This document shows, piece by piece, positions 11,776 to 22,800 of a stretch of 64,000 nt of DNA. The first letter of the stretch is position 1; each line of letters begins with the position of its first letter. The position numbers and the translations under genes are program-made. The stretch comes from Macrostomum lignano. Its lineage: Eukaryota. Under the pieces are notes generated by a model. It was not told the origin of the DNA, searched no databases, and saw only the letters and a program-made list of their open reading frames with translations. The stretch is from positions 186,001 to 250,000 of the forward strand of contig NIVC01000713.1 in the NCBI GenBank assembly GCA_002269645.1. The letters are read 5' to 3'.

Positions 11776-14362
11776 CAGGGACAACTAAAACCCTCAGGAC
11801 GCGAAACGAGCCAATTCATGGCAAAAAATCTGAGGGGCTCGCTTAAATGTATTGTTCTATGGCTTTTTCAAGTCTTCTCTGCTATCAAGCAAATTAAAAT
11901 TGCTTTAGCTGCGGCCAGCAGTGAAGCTAAGCTGAACTATATCAAGAGAAGCATTTTTTATTTACTTGATGAAATGCCAAGAAAGTGCAGCGTATTTCCG
12001 TGCTCGTCAAATTACAACTCTGAAGCCGTTCGAACACGGACATTTGCGTTTCCCAGAGATCCACAGGAGCGAGAGCGATGGAGAAAGGCGCTGCCAAATA
12101 TTCTCCAGGTAAGAAACCAGATCATTTGCTGTCATTACTGCTGCATAATTCCGCTTCAATTCTGCATGCCAGTCTCGTCCAAACAACTGAAACCCAAAAT
12201 TTATTATTTTAGAGAGTGACTGACAATATGGGCGTGTGCGTAAAGCATTGGCCAAGCGATGCTCCAATGGTCAAGAAAAACTCTACCGAAAGGCTAATTA
12301 ATCCTCCTTCTGTTTTTAACGGAGTTCCTAGCTCGTGTTTTGTTCAGAACCAAGGTACGTAACTTAAAGATTGCTCAACACTTAGCGTCTATATCGATTT
12401 TGCCGCTCACAATTATCTTACTTTTATTTTTACTCTTATTTTAGACCAGGACCGACAGGCGAACAGAACGAAGACGTTTACTTGTATACGTTAGATAAAG
12501 ATGGAGACCTGTCTGTTCGAATTTTGCTTTGCTTTGTTCGAAGTGTTTTGCTTTATTTAGCGATGGAAGAGAGAAGCCATGGATTGGAACGGATGCTGCA
12601 CAGGAGTCGGAAGTCTTCATGCTGTTCGATTTCGTTCACATTATCAAATGCATTCGCAACAATTGGCAAATTGAAGCGAATGGAATTCTAAGCATTCAAC
12701 CTCCTGGCGCTGACAGACAAATATCCGCTAAATGGTCAGACGTGGTACGCCTGTACCAAATGGAGAAAGACCACGTAGTCAAGCGCACATGTCTAACTCA
12801 TGAGGCCTGTTATCCCACAAGCATTCAGAAAACTAAAGTCAGTCTCGCTCTCCAAGTTCTCGATGAAAGGGTTGCCGCTGCATTGAAGTGTGATGGATAC
12901 TCAGACACTGCGGAATTTATCAAAACCATAGTGAGATTCTGGAAAATTGTCAAGTGTAAAAATCCTGGTCTACACGCACGACTACGGGATCCGGACAGGC
13001 GACCAGTCTATTCCGTTCAAGATGAAAGCATACAATTTCTTAGCGCGCTCGCGGATTCGTTTGATTCGACACATTGTGGAAAAGGCCGAGCTCGCCATCA
13101 TTCATTGACGCCCGAGACCAAGTCAGCGCTAGTAAACTCACTGCGCGGAGCCTGTGAGATGCGTGAGGTTCTTTTTTCCGACCCACGAATCAGCTACGTT
13201 CTGCTGGCTGACTTTCACAGTGATCCACTTGAGGCTGAGTTTGGCGTGTATCGCCAAATGAGCGGCGGCAACTACTATGTATCTGTGGAGCAAGTGCTGC
13301 TCAGTGCTCGACTCCGACAAATGAAATTATTCGCATCCCTTGAATTAGCAGACTACAAGCACGATCGGAGCAAATGTTGCAATGAACAGCTGAATGAAAT
13401 TGAACTGGCGACCATTGATAATTGTGCTGCTAAATCAGAGGAGCTTTCCATTTCGGAGATGGCTTCGCTCTACTATATCGCAGGTAAGCTGGATATTAAT
13501 TAAAATTTAATTCACAACGAGGTTTTACACAATCTCATAAAAACAATTCAAACCGTGCTTTATTGGAAATTGACAGGTTATACAGCGACTAAAGAATGCA
13601 TCAAAGGAACAGATTTGATATCAGAGACGAGCATTCCAGCCAGCGAATTCACTGAAGAGTTATCTCGCGGAAAGCTTTGTCATCCTCCACAATGGCTGTT
13701 AGACTTATCCTGTCTCTGCTACAGCAGTTTTATTCTGCACTCTCCTACGTGCGCAACTCGCGTGCAGAAGCTGTTTTATGTTATTAAGGACTTTTACTTT
13801 CCAACTAAGACACAGTTCAGCATGGACAGTGTGTCCCGTCGGCTAGCCAACGTTTTTTTTCAAAGGACTAGTAAGACGCTCGTCAAAACTCCCACCAATA
13901 CCGACGACATCCCATGATAGAAAGCTTCGGAAGTTAGATGCTCAGTAGGTGAAGTTCCAGCGTTTCCTTTATGTACGAGCTACTGACTGTTTGTGTCGTC
14001 TTGTCCTTGGAGTTCCGTATTTGCTTCTATCTTCTTGCCATTGGAGTTTCATCTTCGCTTTCATCCTTTATCTTCTTGCCGTTGGAGTTTCATCTTCGCT
14101 TTCATCTTTTATCTTCTTGCCGTTGGAGTTTTTTGTTGATATGGCGGTTACTTTATTGTAAATACATTGTAATTATATCACTGGTTCCTATTCTTTAAAT
14201 TAAATACTCGACATTGCCTCGCTTTACTATTTAATCTAACCGTTAATGCCTGATAGCAGAGAAGACTTGAAAAAGCCATAGAACAATACTTTTAAGCGAG
14301 CCCCTCAGATTTTTTGCCATGAATTGGCTCGTTTCGCGTCCCGAGGGTTTTAGTTGTCCCTG
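11776..14362 (+). mobile_element. P-superfamily (THAP) DNA transposon, 2587 bp, apparently internally deleted
   Basis: 112-bp TIRs at 11776-11887 and 14251-14362 (2 mismatches) begin CAGGGACAAC. An exact 8-bp TSD, ATGACAAC, lies at 11768-11775 and 14363-14370. The element contains THAP and P-transposase coding sequence. Confidence 0.95.
11974..13948 (+). pseudogene. THAP-domain P-element transposase. Exons 11974-12108, 12213-12354, 12445-13483 (disrupted near 12445-12530), 13577-~13948
   Basis: THAP C2CH (MPRKCSVFPC...FAFP...W...VCVKHW...PSVF) spans a phase-matched GT-AG intron. Core motifs present are FDFVHIIKCIRNNW, SDPLEAEFGVYRQMSGGNYY and the spliced YYIAG|YTA. The region expected to hold the first two catalytic Asp residues is not visible. 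A probable extra T in the run at ~13853-13860 shifts the C-terminal frame. Confidence 0.85.
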
Positions 14363-14438
14363 ATGACAACCCAGAAATGGCTTCTCCTGGCAGTTTCTTG
14401 TAGTCTACATAGTAGAAACGCTTAGCCGGTGGCTCCAT
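14363..14438 (-). pseudogene. Displaced N-terminus of the Crypton-like recombinase (MEPPAKRFYYVDYKKLPGEAISGLS)
   Basis: The ATG is at 14438. After removing the P element and one TSD copy, these 76 nt join 11767 in frame (…GLS-SSQIDILL…). Confidence 0.85.
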
Positions 14439-14763
14439 GGTCAAATTGTAGGTCGATGGTCAAGTTGTAGGTCGCGTGATTTATAGACACTTCTTAAACT
14501 TCAAACGCTTTTAAAGTTATATGTCAATGTGGCCTCAAGTGCGCCAGGGTGCACATAGCCCCTGACTCTATTCGAAGAAGTGGATTCGGAAGCATGTTTG
14601 AATGACTTGTTTAGCAAAATGAGTAACTTACATTTGCACCCAGATCGAAATGAATTCATAGAATTATTAGATCGACATTGAGGTCAGCATCGTCGTTAAA
14701 GTAAAGGCTGCCTTTTGTTGTGTTAAATCAGTCCTGCTGCAATTCGAAACCCTACTGTTTCTG

Positions 14764-15565
14764 TTGCGCCGATGCGTGGGTCGACGTCAACCAAAGAGGC
14801 GGCTCAGTGTGCTTGGCTACGCCAACAATCTCGCCCTTCTGTCTTCAACTGTCGAGGGCGCCCAACGACAACTGGACAAGCTAGTTGCTGTTTCGGCGAG
14901 TGTTGGCCTGGTGGTCAACACGCAGAAAACCGTCGTGCTCTGCGTGCCGGACGACACCGAGGCTTCAAATTTGTGCCGAGGCGCTGATGGACAGGTGACA
15001 GAGCTTCCGCGTTGTCAGCAGTTCATCTACCTCGGCGGTCTGGTTCCCGGCATCGCCGTGGGCTTGCTTTTGCCTGCTTTTCGTTCTGTGAGGGCAAGTC
15101 CTGCAGTCCGAGGCCTTATACCCGACCGCCAGAGGGCGGCGTTGTTCCAGGCGATCGAGACCTTACTGTTGTACAACGCCGATCGAGACCTGGACGATGA
15201 CGGACTTGCTCGAGCAACAGGTTGACGCAGCTCACACTGGCCTGCAGCTGCGCGCCACCTTCAAGATCGCGGCTACGAGCGAGTAGCCAACGCGGCTTTG
15301 CATTACTGCGCCGGCCTGGTCTGTCCAAGTGCCCTAGCTGTTGCGCCGTCGGCGGACTCCAGCTAGCAGGCTACATCATCCGCGGTGAGTCGTACTACCC
15401 AGAGCCGGTGCAGGAGGTACTTCTGCTGACGCTGCAGACACCCTATCGGCATGGGGGAGGCCCGAACTCGGCGCTTCGTCGACTGCCTGCTGGCTTACGC
15501 TGGCGCCCCGGATTCGGTCGGTGGCGTGGCGTTCGTTCGCGACCTGGCCCTGAGGCGTGACCTGT
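14764..15565 (+). mobile_element. 5'-truncated, degenerate non-LTR (LINE) reverse transcriptase fragment
   Basis: LSVLGYANNLALL resembles a mutated YADD motif. It is followed by GLVVNTQKTVVL and FIYLGG (RT domains 5-7). The downstream part is frameshifted. Confidence 0.78.
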
Positions 15566-16822
15566 GACGCTGACCGCGTATTTTTGTGTTTTTGAGGCAC
15601 AACATAACCGCCAGTGCGACAGTCGAAGAGACCGATCTGTTGTTGTTTGGTGTTGCTGTAAAAAGAGTTGGCGTTGCTGTAGGGATAAAACAATTAAGGT
15701 GAACTAAAGACTAACATAAGACCTTTGAGTTGATTAAATTCCTACCATATTGCAGCCGACAGACAATCCTTGCCTGTGGTGCATTTAAATTCTAAAAAAG
15801 TCTATGTTATCTATATACATACATAACGTAACATGTTATAGTGGAGGAGTGTGAGTTGCTACACGTAGGAAAGGATGGAGGCGGAACTGAAGAAGGTTAA
15901 GACTGGAAGAAACCCAGCGACGACGGAGAGAAAGGTATAAGAATACCAGATTGAGCTTATACACGTGCAGAGAGAGAAAACTAGCTGTAAACAAGAACGA
16001 GCTGGACATACAATGTATCTAAAAGAGAGATACAAATTATTCATCTTTTCTTTATCGCAGTTGCTATGTACATGTACATGCGCATGTATATGTACGGTGT
16101 TACTGTTACATTGTATACTTAATAAACTTGTACTTTATATGCATTATCCAAGGACGATAGCTGAAGTTACTGCTGTCTCAGGACGTACATGTACGCAACA
16201 CTATACTCGTATAAATATTTCATTTTTTAAGACTCATTTGGTTTATTTTTACGTGTATTTTGCAATGTATAAAGCGATTTTAGTGACATTCTAATTATTT
16301 ATTACTTTTTGCTTCCTTGCAACTCTTTTGAAAATTTTTTAGCAATATATACATGCACATACCTGTCCGTACATTTACATGTACGGGTACATGTAGCTTT
16401 TTCACATATTGCTGGGATGTTTCAGAAAGGACTGAGGGCTTTAAATGACTTTTTCCTTAAAGAATATCAATTCAAAGAAAACTGAGTCGAATTCCACTAT
16501 TCAGATTAGAAATTGCCGCTCTAGTAGCAGATACAGTTCTTCTTTCTAAATCTATCGGTGTGCCCATGCGCCGATAGGTGTTCATTAAAACAAAAATAAA
16601 TAGCTTTTATCACATTCACTGTGAGTTAATTATTTAAATGACAATTATTGTAACTAAACTAACACTTTTATCTAACCTACAAAAAAGTTTTACCAATAAA
16701 TATAACAGTTACTTTACATAAAACTGATATTTTCTAAGAAATATTCATGCGCTATTTTCGAACGATTATTAGTAGTGCGAATATTAATATTTAGTTAGTC
16801 AGATCTCCTTAACATATATGCA

Positions 16823-19800
16823 ATGGAAGATCTAAGATCAAATATCCTAGCGTATATTCACAAGCATGAAACTTGTTCGTCCACAGAATTATGTAAGGAA
16901 ATGAATGTTGAGCACCAAAAGATAGTAGGAGCCTTGAACAGCATTCTTGCCTTTGGAGAGGTAATTTTCTGGTGCTTACCAAGTTCTTTTATAAATTTTT
17001 CCCAACCTGTATTTGTTTCTATCTATTGTTTGAGTTGGCATAATCTTGTCTATACAATAAAAGACTGTTTAACAAGTTATTTACTATGATGGTTACTGGT
17101 CAGCTTGGTGACAAGAAATTTTGTCATTCTCCTCGAATTGTTTGTTAAACTATTTTTTCAATGTTTTTCGCATTTTCTCTGATGATTTTAGCTGATTTTA
17201 GCATGTTTGGACATTCCTCAAGCTAAAACAGTTAAAGTAACAACTTTGTTTTATTCAAGCACTTTTTTCCATCGTTATTCCTAACAATTCCTAACAATTT
17301 GAGGATGGCCTCTTGGCATGGTGTTGATAGACTAAATGGTTAGTTAATGGTCTTAGCGAGAACTAATTAGCCAAAAGAACATAAGTCTTAGTGTTCAGAC
17401 TTCCCATCCCTCTAACCAACTCATCCCTTTGGGCCATAGACACTTCCAACAAGTATCAATGCCACGTCAGACAATTGTAGTCATTTCATCTGCTGCCTTT
17501 TTGTCTGCTGGCAGATGAAACAACTTTTTGAGAATAAAAATTTAAGATATAGCTATATAGCTAGCAAAGCTAATTTTTCCTAATTATATATTGCAAGGCG
17601 TGCAAAAAGGATATTAGTTTTTCTAAGTATAATTTTGTTTATTGCAATATTTCAAAGAAATATAGTATTAATTTTCAACATTCATTGAAAAAAGAACTTG
17701 TGGATGGGAAGCTGCTGCAGTTACAAATATTGAAGGCAGATACAAAGTTCACTGTTGAATATGATTGGCTGGCTATTATGAGCATTGTTATTATAATCTC
17801 ATCCAATGATAATAATGCATTTTCATTATGAACAATTATTCAGCTTACGAATTCCATATACAAGAAGTTAGTATATGTGTACATTACTATTCCCTTAGGA
17901 AAACCTTTTTTTAGATTCTATGCTTGTGCTTCTAACCAAATGAGTTCTTTATATTCACTATAGGCCTAAGTACTTCTTAAGATATATAGATATTTTTTCA
18001 TTATTTATTTATGGTGTCATACTTAGTCTTAATATTTGTGGCATTATAATGCAAAGAAAATGACTGCATTATATTTTTGCAGACAAGAATGGCAGAAACT
18101 GGTAGCAAACAAAATGACCATCAACCCAGACAACATGTGTTGGGTTTTTATCAGTGCTGGGCGTTAACTAGTTAATTGTTTAACTAGTTAATTAACTAGT
18201 TAAATTTTTTTAAAAATCGTTAAATTTTCGTTAAATTTTTTATGTATTAACTAGTTAACAAAAATCGTTAATTTTTTTCTGTAAGTTAAAGTTAAATGAC
18301 AAAAGTTAATAATTCCGGGAAATAGAGTTCCCCGGGTTCAAAATCCGCGGGTTTCAACAGCTTGTATGCCATTAAAAAGTAAAATTAATACATACATAAA
18401 ATAACTTCGCCTTTCTAAGCATTATTTAACGCGTCACAAACTATTACATGTATATAATTTCAGTTACAAGTTATAATGTATAGAATATTCCGGAAGATTC
18501 TGGAATCTTCAACTATTATCTATTGATATTCTACCCCAGGACTACTAGAAGTTATCGTTGTACATAGGGATGTCGATTCCCCGGGGAATTTTCTTATCGG
18601 GGACCCGGGTAATTTACTGTCATTCCCCGGGGACCCCGGGGACTCCGGGGAAAAAATAAGTAAAAAACGGCGGATAACTTAGATCTTAAGTCACTAAGTG
18701 GCATTTCTTAAACTTTGATTAAAGCTTTGGATGGACTACATGTTCAAGGCGCAAGGGTAAAAACTTAAGGCAATGTTTGTTTAAAACTGTATTTGACAAC
18801 GTGGCATCACCAAATCGTGCGCGCACCTTTATCAGAAAGGGTCCAGACTCCGGAGGCGGAAAATGCATACTCAGCAGCTGCAGTCGAGGGAGGATAATTA
18901 ATGAATGAGACTGTTTTTATAATCGGAATTTTAATTTCTTGCAGATACATGTAAATCACCATTTTGTCCTGTCTAATAGGGAGTATTTTGTTATTGTATG
19001 ACACCCCCCTATGCGTCAGTGACTGACGCAGGATATAGCGCTATGCCTGCGTCAAATGCGTCAAGCCATCAACGCAGACCAACACAATAGTCAGTAAGGC
19101 TTCTTTTTCCTGACGGGTTTCTACGCTCGTACGTTCAATTTGCTTGATTGAAAGACTCATAGTGAAAAAAACATTCAAACGGGTCGCTTTCATAAGACCG
19201 AAATTTCGCAGCGCCGAAAAGCACTACCCTTCACAAGACCGAAACTTCAAAAGACCAAAATTTCACAACGCCGAAAATTCTGCATGCAATACAATCCTTA
19301 TTGTAAGGTTTTCTACGATGTGAAATTTCGATCTTATGAAGTTTCGGTCTTGTGAAGTATGGTGTTTCGGCGTTGTGAAATTTCGGTCTTATGAACCCCC
19401 CCCCATTCAAACGTGTGTTGTGTTTGAAATAATACATTGAAATAAGCAGTTTTGCGGTAAAAAAGCATAGACAGAGTTTCAATCAGCTTTCTGTGAATGA
19501 TTTTCTTATTTAAATGGCAAAAATTTAGTTAAAAATGCTTTTTTTCTCCCCGGGGTCCCCGGTCTAATTCCCCGGGGAGTATTCCCCGACAAGCTCCCCG
19601 AACCCCGGGGAGCCCTCCCCGGGGTCGACATCCCTAGTTGTATACATGTAGTTGTAATTCTGCCTTCCCTGCTGCGCTGCTCCGCGTCGCGCTGCATAGA
19701 TATTTCCTTGTCGCGTTGCACCATACTGCACCATGTCGCGCCGCCGCGCGACTTCCCGCGCCGCCGCACGACCTTCTGCGCTGCGTCGCGCCACCGCGCG

Positions 19801-22800
19801 CCACGCCGCACCGCGACCTGGCCACAGCCGCGCCGCGCCGACCTGAAATTTAAAAAACGCGCCGGACGCATGTCCGGGAAAATGTCACTTTTTCCGTTAG
19901 AGAATTATTAACTTTAACTTTTAACTTTTCAGAAGTTAAATTTTGGGCAAAAGTTAAATAATTAACTAGTTACAGTTAATTATTTTGGAGCAATTAAATT
20001 AACTTTTTAACTTTTAACGAGTTAAAAAAATTGATTAACTTGCCCAGCACTGGTTTTTATCCTTCAAAAATTTTACTTTCTTTTTTGTAACTCAGCTGAG
20101 TCATACTTTTCAGTTAGCCAACTCCCTTTGTCTACCATGCTCTTTCCCATAGAAAATCCTAGCTGTTAATTTACCATAGATATTTCAGCTAACCTGTTTG
20201 TTATGTTAGTAAATACAAGTTTAACTTGTAGCCTAGGCTCTTCACTTCTTTTTTGCCCTACTATAGAGATGTAAAAAGTGCTTAAAAACAAAGCTGGTAA
20301 TTTTATTGTTTTAATAGCTTCAGGGATGTCCAAACATGCTAAAATACGCTTCTAAAATTGAGAAAATGCAAAAAACATTGAAAAAATAGTTTAATTAATG
20401 ATTCGAGAAGAATGCCAAAATTTTGGTTACAATACAACCACTGGGGACAATTACAGATACTTTAGTGACAAATTCAGATGCTTTGGTGTCAAATTTTGTC
20501 TAGTTGGTGATATCCTTAATGCAGTCAGCTTGGCGATATCCCCATTTTTATATATAACTATATACTATCCATAGTCTAGAAGGTGGCCTTTATTCCAGAA
20601 AATTCCAGCATATTTTGCCCCTCAGTGACCCTATTGGAATAAGTTTTCAGACACTGTGGACAGTGCATCTAGTGCGCCATGGCAATCATAAAGTGGCCTG
20701 GACGGTGCGTCATGACAATCTTCAAATCCTAAGGTGGTATGGACGGACGATGTGTCATTCAAATCTTCAAATCCTAGGGTGCCATAGCACTCTAGGTTTA
20801 GGTGATATTGTGCATGACTCCAGTCTCTATCATGTTCATTCTGATGATGCATCACTCGTTTTTGAGAGATTTAAAGAGATTGAGAGAAAGTTGTGTGTTT
20901 TACCGCACTTGTGTTTTACTGCACTCTGTTCTGTACTGTACTTCTGCCCCCTTCTGTTGTAGTTGTATCTATTTCTTAATTCTTAGTCTACTCGTCTTTT
21001 GACTTACAAAGTTACATTGTTGGTCTATTCAAAGAAAAATAAATAATGTAAATAGTGTGGCAATTGCATCAGTGAGTACTTAAAATAATTACGAACACTG
21101 AAACCCTTTACTTCAATTTGGCTAATCGGTTAATACAAAATGAAGAAACTCCGTGATGAACAACACAGAGTTCACGAACAAACAAAATTGTCTTTGCCTT
21201 ATCCACACACTTTTTCAGTAGTAGTTGTAGCACTTTGGCTCGGGTCGGGTTATCAAATCTGATAACTATTTAGCATGGTGTTTCGAAGAATATTTTCACA
21301 TTTAAATGTCAGCATAAATAAATGTACGCGCAACCAATCAAAAAGATAATTAAACAAAGCAGAAAATTTGTTGAGACTTTTAATAGAATTTAGTTTACTT
21401 TTTTATTTCTTGCAACTGCGTTATAAGAGAACATTAAGAGCAATTAGCATTTGGCACTATGTTATAATGTTTATGAGGCAATAAAAAACATTTCTGCTGC
21501 GATCTTTCAACTACAATTTCCAATTTTACGATTAACTTGCATGCATATTCTAGATGACACAGCAATCAATACATATGATAGGAGATATGCTATACTATAG
21601 CCCATAGCAATATTATCAAAGTTATAGAAATTAGAAAAACAAGTTTTACTTACAGTTTGCTGAATTTCCACCGTGCTGCTGACTTTCTCCTGTGCATGCT
21701 TCTCATCCTTGTTCAGCAGCGCTGTATGTAGCGCGTGATGTCCTCCTTGCATCTTACCTGTGAGCTGCTGTGCGTCATGGCGCATGGCGCGCGTAGCGCG
21801 CCATGCGCCATGACTATGAGGAAAAAGAAAAAGTGCGCCGGACGCCGTCCACGAAAATACCACTTATTCCAATAGGGCTCAGTGACAATCTTGGTATATA
21901 CTGGGTATAAATAATTTTAGGTCCAACATTCATTAGTGTACACAGTTAATGTACAAAATAGCTGATTTCAGGTTATAGTGTATATACTATATAGTATAGC
22001 TAGATAGGCAAGCTTAACAAAGTTAAGGCCCTAGATCCATAATCAATAAGATGGCCTAATTAAAATATATTAACATTATATTTTGTATAAAAAAGATTCA
22101 AATATAAGTTTCACCAGTATTTTTCAAGTGGAAAATATTGATTTATGTTTTTGTTTCATTTTAAAAAAAGATCTGGCATACAGTGCAGGCAAACTTATTA
22201 GAATAAGAATAGTTCCGGCATTGTATAGCGTAACAAAACTTTTTGATAGGATTTGTTCTAGTACATGGGTGCTATAATCCTGACTATAGCCCTATTTTAT
22301 TGGATTAAATTATTATTTAGTTTTTTTTCAAACTTTTTAGCAAATTTGCCAACTCTGCAATGATTGGAAAACATTGTAAAACATTGTCCCTGAAAACAAC
22401 TGCTAAGTTTATTAATATCAGCATCAACCTGACAATTTTCTAGGCCTTCCAACAATTTGTAGAGGTTTCAGTTTCTATTTCCATGTCCAGTTTCCAAAGA
22501 AGTGTCTGGGAAAGGTCTTCAATTCTTCAGAACTTCCTATACTGGGTGGCTCAATAGTACTAATATTATTAACTCATCTAACACTTACCTGACACTTATA
22601 ATATGCTTGCTACTCATATTACACCTGTTCTGAGGATCTCTGTGTGAAAAAAATTCATGTAGCACACTAAAAGATTGCCACTAGAGTCTAGATGTGTATA
22701 AAAAAGCTTTTATAAAAATATATGGAAACAAAACAGAAAATAATAACTTAATAATACAATTTGCAAAGAAAATAAAAGTTAAACAAAAAATTGAAAATAA

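Larger units (their letters stand above)
18152..20052. mobile_element. Non-autonomous hAT-like element (outer), 1901 bp
   Basis: Termini CAGTGCTGGGC...GCCCAGCACTG with GTTAA-rich subterminal repeats. Exact 8-bp TSD GTTTTTAT at 18144-18151 and 20053-20060. Confidence 0.9.

Noticed and set aside
10383-13948. Bacterial integrative element (integrase plus transposase) or contamination
   Set aside because: The transposase has spliceosomal introns and a THAP domain, the recombinase motifs are Crypton-type, and the TSD links it to the flanking sequence.
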